A stretch of DNA of 64,000 bases, taken from assembly GCA_038231435.1 (NCBI GenBank), contig JBBRLJ010000001.1, positions 1-64,000 on the forward strand, given 5' to 3'. Every line of letters starts with the position of its first letter. Within the stretch, counting starts at the first letter, position 1. Shown piece after piece: positions 6,696 to 16,453 of this stretch. Source of the stretch: Planctomycetota bacterium. Its GTDB lineage: Bacteria; Planctomycetota; UBA11346. Both the position numbers and the translations under genes were made by a program. The notes under the pieces are model-generated. The model saw only the letters and a list, made by a program, of their open reading frames with translations. It made no database searches and was not told where the DNA came from.

Positions 6696-9264
6696 CTGTG
6701 CGGCAGCGAGCACTGGCTCCCCGGCTGCCCCAATCACTAACTCGACGGCCTGGGGCACTCTAACGCGGCGGTCCGTGGTCCGCCGCGGCACCGACATGAT
6801 CCGGCAGGCCGATCCGAACGCGAACGTCGAGCTCATGGCACCTGCCCCGTACGTCAGCGAGATCAAGCCGATCGCCGAGGACTTCGGCGGCGAGATGCAC
6901 GATACCGGAGCCATGTCCGGATTCTGGACCGACTACCTGCCGGTCATCGCGCGCGGCAGCGGGCTGCCATGCAGCCTCGAACCAGGCGGCCCCGCGACCA
7001 CCCCGGAGGACGTCCGCGCCTTCTTCGGACGCTGGCTCACCGAGGGCGTGGACGCGGTCGACTGGTTCATCCACATTGGCGACGTGGTGTTCCCCGAACA
7101 CGCAGTCATCAAGGCGTACTTCGACACCCATCTGCCGCTGTTGCGCGCGATCGGAAAATCCCACGTTCCGCGCGCCGAGGTCGCCTTCCTCTACAGCGAC
7201 CGCTGCGCCCGGCTCACCGGCTGGCCGTGGGATTTCGATGCGGGCGAGCGGCTCGAGAGCGGATTCTGGAACGACCAGCAGAACGAAGGGGCGCTGCGTG
7301 GATCCTTCCCGTTCGACGGCCTCACCGAGTCCGATTTCGCGCGCGGAAACGCTGACCAATACCGTGTGATCGCCGATTCGAACACCCAGATCCTCGACGA
7401 AAGTCAGCTCGCTGACATCGAGCGGTGGATCCGCGCCGGTGGCACCTTCATCACCTATGGCGACACCGGTCGCGACAGCTCGAACGGTTTCGACTCGTGG
7501 CCGATCTCACGCCTGACCGGCTATCAGGTCATCGGACGGGATATCCAGGGCGTCACGCCCCCGCGACCCGTGACCTGGGTATCGCAGTCGCTGCTGTCCA
7601 ACGGACCCTGGGCCAGCGGGTCCGGCGGCGGACTGAGGCTGCGACCTGTGGCTCCGGATTGCCAGGAACTCGCACTCTGGAGCGACGGCAGCGTCGCGGT
7701 CGGATCGCGCAGCCTCGGTCTCGGCCGCATCATCCAAGTCGGGACATTCGACACGAGCGGGGCTGGGGGCTGGGGCGGCAGCGTCAGGACGGCGGATCTC
7801 CTGCAGCGGGTGTGCGACCGCCTTGGCCTGGCGCGGGAGCCGGCGGTCCTGTCCTCGAGCGACCGGAGCCTGATCTTCCGGCACACCGTCAGCAATGACG
7901 GCCTCTACGACCTGTGGACGATCTATCGCGAGCATTATCCGCTGGCCGACCCGTCCATCACCACCGACATCGTCATCGCGGCTGGCCCCGCGCTCGCGTG
8001 GTGCATCGAAGTGAACACAGGCGGCGCCTATCCCATCACCACGGCGCCAGCCGGCTATCGCCTGGCGAACATTGCCATGGCTCCGCTGGATACACGCATG
8101 TTCAAGACTCCCCGCGCCGACATCGGCGCGGCGCCCCTGGACTGGTTCCGCCTGCAACGCTCGTGGTGGAAGGGGACCACGCCGGCATCCAGCATGCCGC
8201 TGCCGACGGTCGATCAGCAGTCGACCACGGATCTGAACTCCCGATGGGCCTTCAAACCGCTGGCCGTGGGCGACGACGGCTCGGCGTACGCACCCACCTC
8301 GATCGATGATTCGGGATGGGAGCATCGTGCGCTCGGCATATGGAGCGTGGAGCATCCCGGCATCACTCACGGAGTCTGGCGCAGGCGCTTCACCGTGCCC
8401 GCCGGTTGGAACGCGGGCCGGGTCTCCTTGTGGTGCCAGGCGAATTACACTCCCGCCTCCGTCACCCGCTCGCGCGTGTTCGTCGATGGAGTCCTGATCC
8501 GCGACTGGGCGAGCGACTGGGGAAGCAATCTCGTGGATGAGACCGTAGGCGGCAGCTTGCTGCCCGGTACCGAGCATCTCATCGTTCTCGATATCGCGGC
8601 CCCGTCATCGTATTCGTTGGCCGGTCCGCTCGGCGGATGCTGGCTGTCGTACCTTGCCGATCCCCAGGGAAGCATCGATCTCAGCGGCACGTGGACACCG
8701 TATCCCGACGGCGTGACACCCTCAGTCCCGGTGACGCTGCCAGGCACGCTCGCGAACGCCCTGATGGCCGAGAAGACGTTCCATGTCGACTTATCGCTGG
8801 CGGATCGCGCCATTTTCACCCATTTCACCGTCGATCTCCGCTATTCCCAGATCCTCGATGTGATCGTCAACGGCCATCTGCTGGAGAGCGTGAATCACGC
8901 GGGTTATGAACCGCTCTTCCGCTTGAACGTGACGCCCTGGATACGTTTCGGCGCAGAGAACCGCATCCAGATCGTTCCCAAGCCAGGTGGGAGCACGGCT
9001 CATTACCTGCCCGCGGCCACCTGCATCGTCACGATGATCCGTCTGGACGTCTGCGATCCCGCGACCGCTACCAATGACTTCGCGTCGTCCCCCGCTGGAG
9101 CGCCAGCAGGTGACGATGGCATCGATGGCATCGATGGATCGCCCGGTGAGGCGGGTGGGCATCCCGGTTGCGGTTTCGCCGGAGGATTCGCGATCCTGGT
9201 CACCGGGTCGCTCATCGCTTGGCGGCGCCGAGGCATGCGGCCGATTCCCGGAGTCGAACAGTGA
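6688..9264 (+). pseudogene. Probably 5'-truncated GH42-like multidomain glycoside hydrolase with C-terminal sorting signal
   Basis: No signal peptide or RBS; appears to start mid-domain (RRGTDMIRQADP, SLEPGGP). Followed by a trimerisation-like domain, GH2-like beta-sandwiches (DLNSRWAF, DLSGTW) and a GCG-TM-RRR tail. Confidence 0.6.
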
Positions 9265-9476
9265 ATCCCCCGAGCGCATCGCCTCTCGTTCATCGGGCCG
9301 TCTAGCAGGAAGCGCGCAGGGAAACGTGCCTGACCAATGCGCCCCCTCTCTGCAGGCACGCCCGCAGCGGGACAGTGATCGATGCCTATCGATCGTTGTG
9401 ACGTTCCGGGGCAATCGGTGTCTATTTCCGGTATTGCATGCCAGCATCGCGGCCGGTTGATGACCCTGGAGACAGC

Positions 9477-11540
9477 ATGACCCAGCCGCGCAATCCGCTC
9501 TGGCCGGAGACCATCTGGCACGGTGCCGACTACAATCCTGAGCAATGGCCCGAGACGATCCGCGCCGCGGATCCGGAGCTGATGCGCGCGGCCAACCTCA
9601 GCGCGGTGTCGTTGGGCATCTTCGCGTGGTCCACCATCGAGCCCGAGCCCGGGCGCTTCGATTGGACGATGCTCGACGAGGCCTTCTCGCGCCTGCACCG
9701 CGGCGGCCTGCGCATCGCGCTGGCGACTCCGAGCGCGGCGCACCCACGCTGGCTGAGCGCCCTGCACCCGGAGACGGTGGCCTGCGACGCCAACGGCGCG
9801 CGCCGCCGCCCCGGAGGCCGCCAAGCCTTCTGCCCCACCTCGCCCGTGTTCCGCGCGCGCGTGGGTGCGATCGATACCGCGCTCGCCGAGCGCTACGGCC
9901 GCCACCCTGCGCTGGCACTGTGGCACATCGGCAATGAATCGATGTCGGGCTGCTGGTGCGACCTGTGCGTCGCGCAGTGGCGCGTGTGGCTAGAGCGCCG
10001 CTACGGCTCGCTCGCCGAGCTCAATCGCCAGTGGTGGACCGCCTTCTGGAGCCAGACCTTCTCGAGCTGGGACGAGGTCATTCCGCCCTACGCCAACAGC
10101 GACGGATCGACCGGCCAGTGGCTCGACTGGCGCCGCTTCCAATCGCACCAGCTGTGCGAGCTGCTAAAACACGAGATCGCATGCGTACGCGCGCACTCGC
10201 CTAGCGTGCCGACGACCAGCAACCTCATGGGCTTCTATCCGTGGGTCGATTACGCGCAGGTCGCCGACGTGGTTGACCTGGTGTCGTGGGACTCCTACCC
10301 CGCTGTCGGTGGCGATCCGAGCCTGACTTCACTCACCCACGCGCTGATGCGCGGCCTGAAGCCATCCGCGCCCTGGCTGCTGCTCGAGCAGACTCCCAGC
10401 GCCACCAACTGGCAGGAGCATGCGACACTCAAACCGCCGGGCCTCTTGCGCGCTGAATCCTTCCAGGCAGTGGCTCACGGATCCGACAGCGTGATGTACT
10501 TCCAGTGGCGGCGTGGTCGCGGCGCCAACGAGAAGTTCCACGGCGCCATCCTCGAGCACTCGGGCCGCGACGACGCGCGGGTCTTCCGCGAAGTCTCAGC
10601 GCTCGGCGCCGAGCTGGCGCGCGTCGGACCGCGCGTTGCTCAGACCCAGGCCGCGCCAGCGCGCGTCGCCATCCTCCACGATTGGGAAAACCGTTGGGCG
10701 CTCGAGAAGGGAGCTCCTGCGCGCGACAAGCGCTACATCGAGACCATCCATCGCCACTACCGCGCGCTGTGGCGGCAGAACATCGCCGTGGACGTGACGC
10801 GCTCAGACGCCGACTGGTCGCAGTACCGGCTCCTGGTGGTGCCGATGCTCTACCTGCTCAAGACCGGCGCATTCCCGCTCGACGGTGCGCCCGAGGAACT
10901 CGCCGCGCGCATCGACTTCCCAGCACGTCTGGCGACGTGGATGCGCGCGGGCGGCACCTGCGTCGCCAGCTACCTCACCGGCATCGTCGACGAGTCGGAC
11001 CTGGCATTCACTGTTGGATACCCCGGTCCGCTCGGGCCGCTCTTCGGCGTGCGGGTCGAGGAGACTGACAACCGTCGCGCGGGCGACGCCAACCGCTTGG
11101 TCCTCGACCCGCCTCTCGCGGGCATGCGCAACGAGTACCCGTGCGAACGCTGGTTCGACCTCGTCCGTGCCGAAGGTGCTGATGTGCTCGCCACCTATGG
11201 CGACGGCTGGTATGCCGGCACCCCGTGCCTGACCAGCAACCATTTCGGCGCTGGCCGCGGCATCTGGCTCGGCACCGACGCGGACGACGCCTTCCTCGAA
11301 GATTTCTACCGAGGCCGATGCGCCGATGCCGGCATCGCCCCGCTGGTGGCGGCGGTCGACGGCGTCGAGGCTCAGGAGCGCGTCGGCGCTGCTGAACGAC
11401 TGCTCTTCCTCATCAACCATGCAGATACCTCGCGGACCATCATGCTCGGTGATCGTGTCGGCACCGATCTGCTCAGCGGCAGATCCGTTTCCGAAGCGAT
11501 CACCCTCGCGGCGCGCGGAGTGGCGATCATCGCGGACTAG
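9477..11540 (+). CDS. Beta-galactosidase, GH42
   Basis: GADYNPEQWPE, GIFAWS.IEP, WHIGNES, CWCDLC, LLEQTP, FQWRR...EKFHGA; GGAG RBS. Confidence 0.93.
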   Translation: MTQPRNPLWPETIWHGADYNPEQWPETIRAADPELMRAANLSAVSLGIFAWSTIEPEPGRFDWTMLDEAFSRLHRGGLRIALATPSAAHPRWLSALHPETVACDANGARRRPGGRQAFCPTSPVFRARVGAIDTALAERYGRHPALALWHIGNESMSGCWCDLCVAQWRVWLERRYGSLAELNRQWWTAFWSQTFSSWDEVIPPYANSDGSTGQWLDWRRFQSHQLCELLKHEIACVRAHSPSVPTTSNLMGFYPWVDYAQVADVVDLVSWDSYPAVGGDPSLTSLTHALMRGLKPSAPWLLLEQTPSATNWQEHATLKPPGLLRAESFQAVAHGSDSVMYFQWRRGRGANEKFHGAILEHSGRDDARVFREVSALGAELARVGPRVAQTQAAPARVAILHDWENRWALEKGAPARDKRYIETIHRHYRALWRQNIAVDVTRSDADWSQYRLLVVPMLYLLKTGAFPLDGAPEELAARIDFPARLATWMRAGGTCVASYLTGIVDESDLAFTVGYPGPLGPLFGVRVEETDNRRAGDANRLVLDPPLAGMRNEYPCERWFDLVRAEGADVLATYGDGWYAGTPCLTSNHFGAGRGIWLGTDADDAFLEDFYRGRCADAGIAPLVAAVDGVEAQERVGAAERLLFLINHADTSRTIMLGDRVGTDLLSGRSVSEAITLAARGVAIIAD

Positions 11541-13744
11541 CCCTCTCCCTCGGCGGTCGAGCTCCGGGCCTTGCCGGCATGGGGCGACGCATCCGACAGC
11601 GGTGACGGAGGTCGTCGGGACTGGCCCCAATCACCGGGTCGGTCTGAGAGCGTGAAACGCAGGGTACCGCCTCCGACGATCTCACCATGTCGCAGCCACG
11701 CGCGATCGAGCTGCTGGCCGTCGAGCGTCGCCGCGGCGATGTATTGGCGCAGCTGCGGACCGGCGCCGGGCGCCTCGATCACCAGCACGCGGCCGCCAGC
11801 GAGGGTGAGCTCGACGCGCGGCAAGGCGGGCGGGCTGAGCAGGTAGAGATCCTGGCCCATGATCGGATAGATCCCGATCGAGGCGCAGAGGTAGAATGCG
11901 CTCTGGCAGCCCATGTCCTCGTTGTCGTCGAGTCCATCGCGGGTCGGACGATAGTGCGCGGCGAGCATCTCGCGCGCGCGCTCGGCAGTGAGATCCGGCC
12001 TGCCCGCATAGGTGTAGAGATACGGCGTGTGGAGGACGATCTCCTTCCACGGATGGCGGCCGTCGGCGAAGAACTGGTCGAGGCGCGCGATAAAGGCGGC
12101 GTCGGAGCCCATGCGCGCGATCAATCCTGCGACATCGTGCTGGGTGTTGAACGACCACGCATGCCCGCTGCCCTCGTAGAAGTGTGGATCCGCCCAGCAG
12201 TCAGGACGGATCGCCGCCGGATCGTAGCCCGCGGCCCAAGAGCCATCGGGCCTGCGTGGCGCGAATGCATGGATGTCCTCGCGCCACAGGTTCCAGAGAT
12301 TGCGCGACGACGCTCCATAGCGCTCGGCGACCGCGTGATCGCCGAGGTGGCGTGCGAGCGCACCAATGCACCAGTCTTGATACGCATATTCGAGCTGGCG
12401 CGATACGCCCTGCCAGGTGTCGGTCGACAACCAGCCCCGATCCCGCCAGTCGCGCAGGTGGCGGCCGTGGTAACGCGGATCGTCGGGCTCGACCTCGGCG
12501 TTCTTGCGCATGAACGCCAATGCCTTGGAGTAATCGACTCCAGGCAGGCCCTTGAGCGCGGCTTCGCAGAACAGCACGTCGGCCGAACTCGCCCCCTGGA
12601 TCTGGGCGCTATGGCCAGCGATCCATGCGTCGGGCAGCCAGCCGGTGCGCTCGGCGGTGTCGAGCAGCGAGTTCAGCAGCGCACTCTCGAGCTCGGGCTC
12701 GATCAGCGCGAGCAGCGAGTTGGCATTGCGCACGCTGTCCCAGAGGCAGTAGAAGTCGCTGTAGTGGCGCACGCCCGAGCGCCACCACGGGTTCTCGTCG
12801 TCGATGCCGAGATCGGTGGGCATGCACAGCAGGCGACTGAGCATGGTGTAGAACATGGTGAGCTGCTTGTCGCTACCGCCCTCGACGCGCACGCGCGCGA
12901 GCGATTCGCTCCAAGTCGCTCGCGCGCGAGAGCGGATGTCGTCGAACGTCATCCCCGTCGTCTCGCGATCGATGCTGGCGCGCGCCTGCGCCACGCTCAC
13001 CAGCGAGATGCCGACACGCAGCTCGACGGCTTGGTCGCCGGCCTGGTTGCCGGCCGGGTTGCCGGCAAAGGAGGCGACCGCCTTGGCGTGCGCGCCATCG
13101 GTGCCGACGGCATTCCAGCAGCCGGTGGCATCGCCGACCAGGCGCGCGGTCGGGGCCCGCCCGAAGCGCACGCAGAAGAACACCGAGTAGGGATGCTGGT
13201 GTCCCCAACCTCCGCGGAAATCCCCCCGCCCGACCAGCTCGCCAGCAGAGGTGAATTCGACGAAGCCGCCGGTGCTGGCGCCCGTGCCTTCGCCAGGCCG
13301 ATTGTTGGCGACCTGGATCACCGCACCGACATCGATGAGCACATTCGCGGCGGAGCCGGCGGGGAAGGAATAGCGGTGCATGCCGACGCGCGGCGTCGAG
13401 GTAAGCTCGGCGCGGATCCCCGCGCGACCGAGCGTCACCGCGTAATACCCCGCGCTCGCTTCCTCATGCTCAGGCGAGCACGGCGATGGCGCATCCTGGG
13501 GCGGTCCGAGGAACGGCATGACACCGATGTTGCCATAGCGGCCGCCACCGCCGGTGCCGGCGACGTGGGTATGGCTGAAGCGCACGATGGCCGAACCCGA
13601 GCGGTAGCCGGTGGTATCGTGTGGGTGGACCGTGTCGGGACCGAGCCTCACCAGGCTGTGCGGCAGGTGCGGTCCGCACAGGCAGTTGCCTGGCCAGTCC
13701 ACGCCTATGAACGGGTCGATCCAACGCGCCGTGTCCTCGCCCAT
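11537..13744 (-). CDS. GH92 alpha-1,2-mannosidase family
   Basis: IDPFIG, FSHTHVAGTGGGG.YGN, VSRQLEYAY.DWCI, FYEGS, NEDMGCQSAF. Confidence 0.9.
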   Translation of the reverse strand: MGEDTARWIDPFIGVDWPGNCLCGPHLPHSLVRLGPDTVHPHDTTGYRSGSAIVRFSHTHVAGTGGGGRYGNIGVMPFLGPPQDAPSPCSPEHEEASAGYYAVTLGRAGIRAELTSTPRVGMHRYSFPAGSAANVLIDVGAVIQVANNRPGEGTGASTGGFVEFTSAGELVGRGDFRGGWGHQHPYSVFFCVRFGRAPTARLVGDATGCWNAVGTDGAHAKAVASFAGNPAGNQAGDQAVELRVGISLVSVAQARASIDRETTGMTFDDIRSRARATWSESLARVRVEGGSDKQLTMFYTMLSRLLCMPTDLGIDDENPWWRSGVRHYSDFYCLWDSVRNANSLLALIEPELESALLNSLLDTAERTGWLPDAWIAGHSAQIQGASSADVLFCEAALKGLPGVDYSKALAFMRKNAEVEPDDPRYHGRHLRDWRDRGWLSTDTWQGVSRQLEYAYQDWCIGALARHLGDHAVAERYGASSRNLWNLWREDIHAFAPRRPDGSWAAGYDPAAIRPDCWADPHFYEGSGHAWSFNTQHDVAGLIARMGSDAAFIARLDQFFADGRHPWKEIVLHTPYLYTYAGRPDLTAERAREMLAAHYRPTRDGLDDNEDMGCQSAFYLCASIGIYPIMGQDLYLLSPPALPRVELTLAGGRVLVIEAPGAGPQLRQYIAAATLDGQQLDRAWLRHGEIVGGGTLRFTLSDRPGDWGQSRRPPSPLSDASPHAGKARSSTAEGEG

Positions 13745-13770
13745 CGCGCTCACTCCTTGCTCGTATAACC

Positions 13771-13931
13771 GCTATATACTTATAAATGTACTGCTGCGTG
13801 CAACCTCCCATCATCACCCAGCAGGTCGCTTGCCTTCCCTGCTTTTCCCGCAAGCCGCGCGCACAATCAGACAGCACTGGTGGCGACGAGGGGAAATGGC
13901 TCGGAGCATAGTGATTCATATATATATATGG
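13771..13931. promoter_or_regulatory. AT-rich operator-like sites in the divergent promoter region
   Basis: GCTATATACTTATA at ~13771 and ATAGTGATTCATATATATATATG at 13908-13930. Confidence 0.5.
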
Positions 13932-13980
13932 GACTCCAGAGCCGAGTTCGCCATGACCGACACTGACCAAGGACCGACCC

Positions 13981-16128
13981 ATGCCCTTTTCGCGTCACCT
14001 CGCCCTGCTCGTCACCTTCGTCCTCTTGCTCGTAGGCGCGCTGACCGATGCGGCCGAACCCGTGCGCGTGCTCTTCGTCGGAGGTGACTGGAAGTCGCAG
14101 CTCGAGGATTTCCAAGGCAAGGGACCGTTGCGCGGCTACTTCGTGCAGCGCGAAGTCGACAAGGCAGCTCCAGGCCGCTTCGCTTTCACCCTGTGGACGA
14201 GCTACGAGTTTCTGCAGTACGCCGACGGCGACTCGCTGCGATGCTTCGATGTGGTGGTGATCGGAGACGTCATGGGCCAGAGCGTGGTGCCACGAGTGGT
14301 CGATGGCCTGCGTGAATTCGTCGGCGGCGGCGGCGGGTTGCTGTACTGCGACAACCACAAGGCGTTCAGCTTCTACACCAAGGAGCTGAGCTTCGACGAG
14401 GTCCTGCCCATCGACGTGGTGCCGTTCCGCGCCTACGACGCGCAAGGCAAGCAGCCGTACTGCGACGAGAAACCCCTGGCGATCACCCCCGTGGCTTCCA
14501 GCCACCCCATCATGGGCGGATTCGACTGGGCCTCGGCGCCGCCGTTGGAGGGAGCGCGCTACGGCGTGCTCAAACCCGGAGCCGTGGTACTCGCCACCTC
14601 GCCAGCCGGCAAACCGATCTGGGTGGAGTGGGACAAGGGCGAAGGACGCGCGCTATGGCTGGGCGGAGTGTTCGCCAATGACGAATTGTCCGAGAAGTTC
14701 AGCGCGTGGCCGCAGTTCGGCACCTTCTACGCCAAGACCCTGGGATGGCTCGCCGAGCATGCCCATTACCCACGCCGCTCCCTCACTCCGGCGATCGCCC
14801 ATGGCGAGGTCACCGTCGATATCGGGAGCCCAGGCCAGACCGTGACCCGCAAGCATTTCGGCATCCATGGCCAGGAGGAGGCCCCGGGCGCGTCGCCCAT
14901 GCAAGGCGCCGACCTGGCGCTGTACCAGGATCTCAAACTCGACCATGCCTTCGCGCGGACCAGCGCCTTCACCGGGATCAAGCGCGAAGGCCAGACCTTC
15001 GCGGACGACGGCGTCGACGCCGATCATCACGATGCCTCCAAGTACGATTGGGCCTCGGCCGACCGCACGGCGGCGGACATCGAGCGGATCCACGCCGACC
15101 CGTTGTTCCTGTTCTGGCTCCCGTGGTCAGGGCCCGCCTGGCCCGACGCCGCTCATTACACCACGTATTTCGCCGCCTCGATCGAGCATCTCAACGGCAA
15201 ACCCCCTGCCTACAAACCCCGCTTCGGATGGTTCGAGATCGCCAACGAACCCAATATCTACCCCGCAGCAGAAAACCTGCCGCGATTCGCCGACTTCTAC
15301 AACCGCTCGGTCGAGGCCCTGCGTCCGCGCGCGCCGGGCATGAAGTTCGGCTGCGGCGGCATCAACGAGTGGACGTACGTCCAGGCGCTCATCGATCGCT
15401 GCGGCAAGAATCTCGATTGGTTCAGCCGACATCCCTACGGCCACACCGGCGAGGCGATCTTCGCGCTCCAGGACCGCTATCGCGAGTACGCCGCCTCGAA
15501 AGGCATCCCCGACCTCAAGTTCATCATCACCGAATGGGATTTCTGGATCTACGGTGAACCCGCTTTCGATTATCTCATGACGCGCTGGAAGCCTCTGCTC
15601 GACCATGCGGACTCGTGCCTGGGCACCATGCAGTACCGCTGGCGCGAGTACCACGAGGGCGGGTATGTATTCGGCGTCCATGGCGAGTTCGATGGCGCGT
15701 ACGGAGCCCTGCCGCGCGAGTGGCCGAATCCGGGCAAGGACAAGCCGATCACCTACCGCTACAATGCCTTCTGGATCATGCGGGATTGCTGCGGCAAGGA
15801 ATTCGCGGCCAAGATCGTCAGCCCTGAACTGGCCGCCGCCAAGGGCCCGCGCGCCTACGCCGTCGCGACCAGCGACGGCAAGCAGTACAATCTCGTCCTG
15901 CATTACGGTTATGCGTTCAGTGATCCCAAGACCGGAGCGCGCTACGATCGCATCAAGCTGCATGTGCACGCCCCGATCCCACCTGGGATCACCGGCCGCA
16001 GCCTGGTCGTCTCCCACGCCGACTGCCGCGAGCGTCGCGAGGAGCCGCCGCGCACGATCGTCGGCGACGCCATCGACCTCGACCTCGATCTACCGGCGCA
16101 ATCCGCGGTGTCGTTCACCGTCAGATGA
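13981..16128 (+). CDS. Secreted protein: class I GATase-like domain fused to a GH39/clan-A-like domain
   Basis: Signal peptide; RVLFVGGD..DVVVIGDV..EFVGGGGGLL; later EIANEP and IITEWD (candidate catalytic Glu pair). Confidence 0.7.
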   Translation: MPFSRHLALLVTFVLLLVGALTDAAEPVRVLFVGGDWKSQLEDFQGKGPLRGYFVQREVDKAAPGRFAFTLWTSYEFLQYADGDSLRCFDVVVIGDVMGQSVVPRVVDGLREFVGGGGGLLYCDNHKAFSFYTKELSFDEVLPIDVVPFRAYDAQGKQPYCDEKPLAITPVASSHPIMGGFDWASAPPLEGARYGVLKPGAVVLATSPAGKPIWVEWDKGEGRALWLGGVFANDELSEKFSAWPQFGTFYAKTLGWLAEHAHYPRRSLTPAIAHGEVTVDIGSPGQTVTRKHFGIHGQEEAPGASPMQGADLALYQDLKLDHAFARTSAFTGIKREGQTFADDGVDADHHDASKYDWASADRTAADIERIHADPLFLFWLPWSGPAWPDAAHYTTYFAASIEHLNGKPPAYKPRFGWFEIANEPNIYPAAENLPRFADFYNRSVEALRPRAPGMKFGCGGINEWTYVQALIDRCGKNLDWFSRHPYGHTGEAIFALQDRYREYAASKGIPDLKFIITEWDFWIYGEPAFDYLMTRWKPLLDHADSCLGTMQYRWREYHEGGYVFGVHGEFDGAYGALPREWPNPGKDKPITYRYNAFWIMRDCCGKEFAAKIVSPELAAAKGPRAYAVATSDGKQYNLVLHYGYAFSDPKTGARYDRIKLHVHAPIPPGITGRSLVVSHADCRERREEPPRTIVGDAIDLDLDLPAQSAVSFTVR

Positions 16129-16305
16129 CCCTCAGACGTCCTCTGGGAAGAGGCGGCTCGCAAGCTTTCGCGACTCTCCCCATCCATGGAAAATCGTCTC
16201 ACAAGATCGGACTCCCGCATCGCCTCGCCCCGAGCCGGAGTCGGGATCCCAGATTCCAGAGCCAGGGAATACTCCAATCGGGGGCCCCATCGCCCCGCGA
16301 TGGGG

Positions 16306-16440
16306 CGGGCGCCGAGGGGCGGTCGGCGGACACCATCGGCGCAGCCGATCCGCCGACGATGTCGCAGCGAAGCGGAGACATCGAGCCCCGACAAAGCCCG
16401 TGGGGTAGGGCCCGCAAGGGCCGTAGGGGCGGAGCCCCCT
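16306..16440 (-). repeat. Structured dispersed repeat, copy 4
   Basis: GGGCGCCGAG...GACAAAGCCCGTGGGG...GGGGCGGAGCCCC with covarying stems; lies between convergent genes. Confidence 0.85.
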
Positions 16441-16453
16441 GAAACAATAAGCT

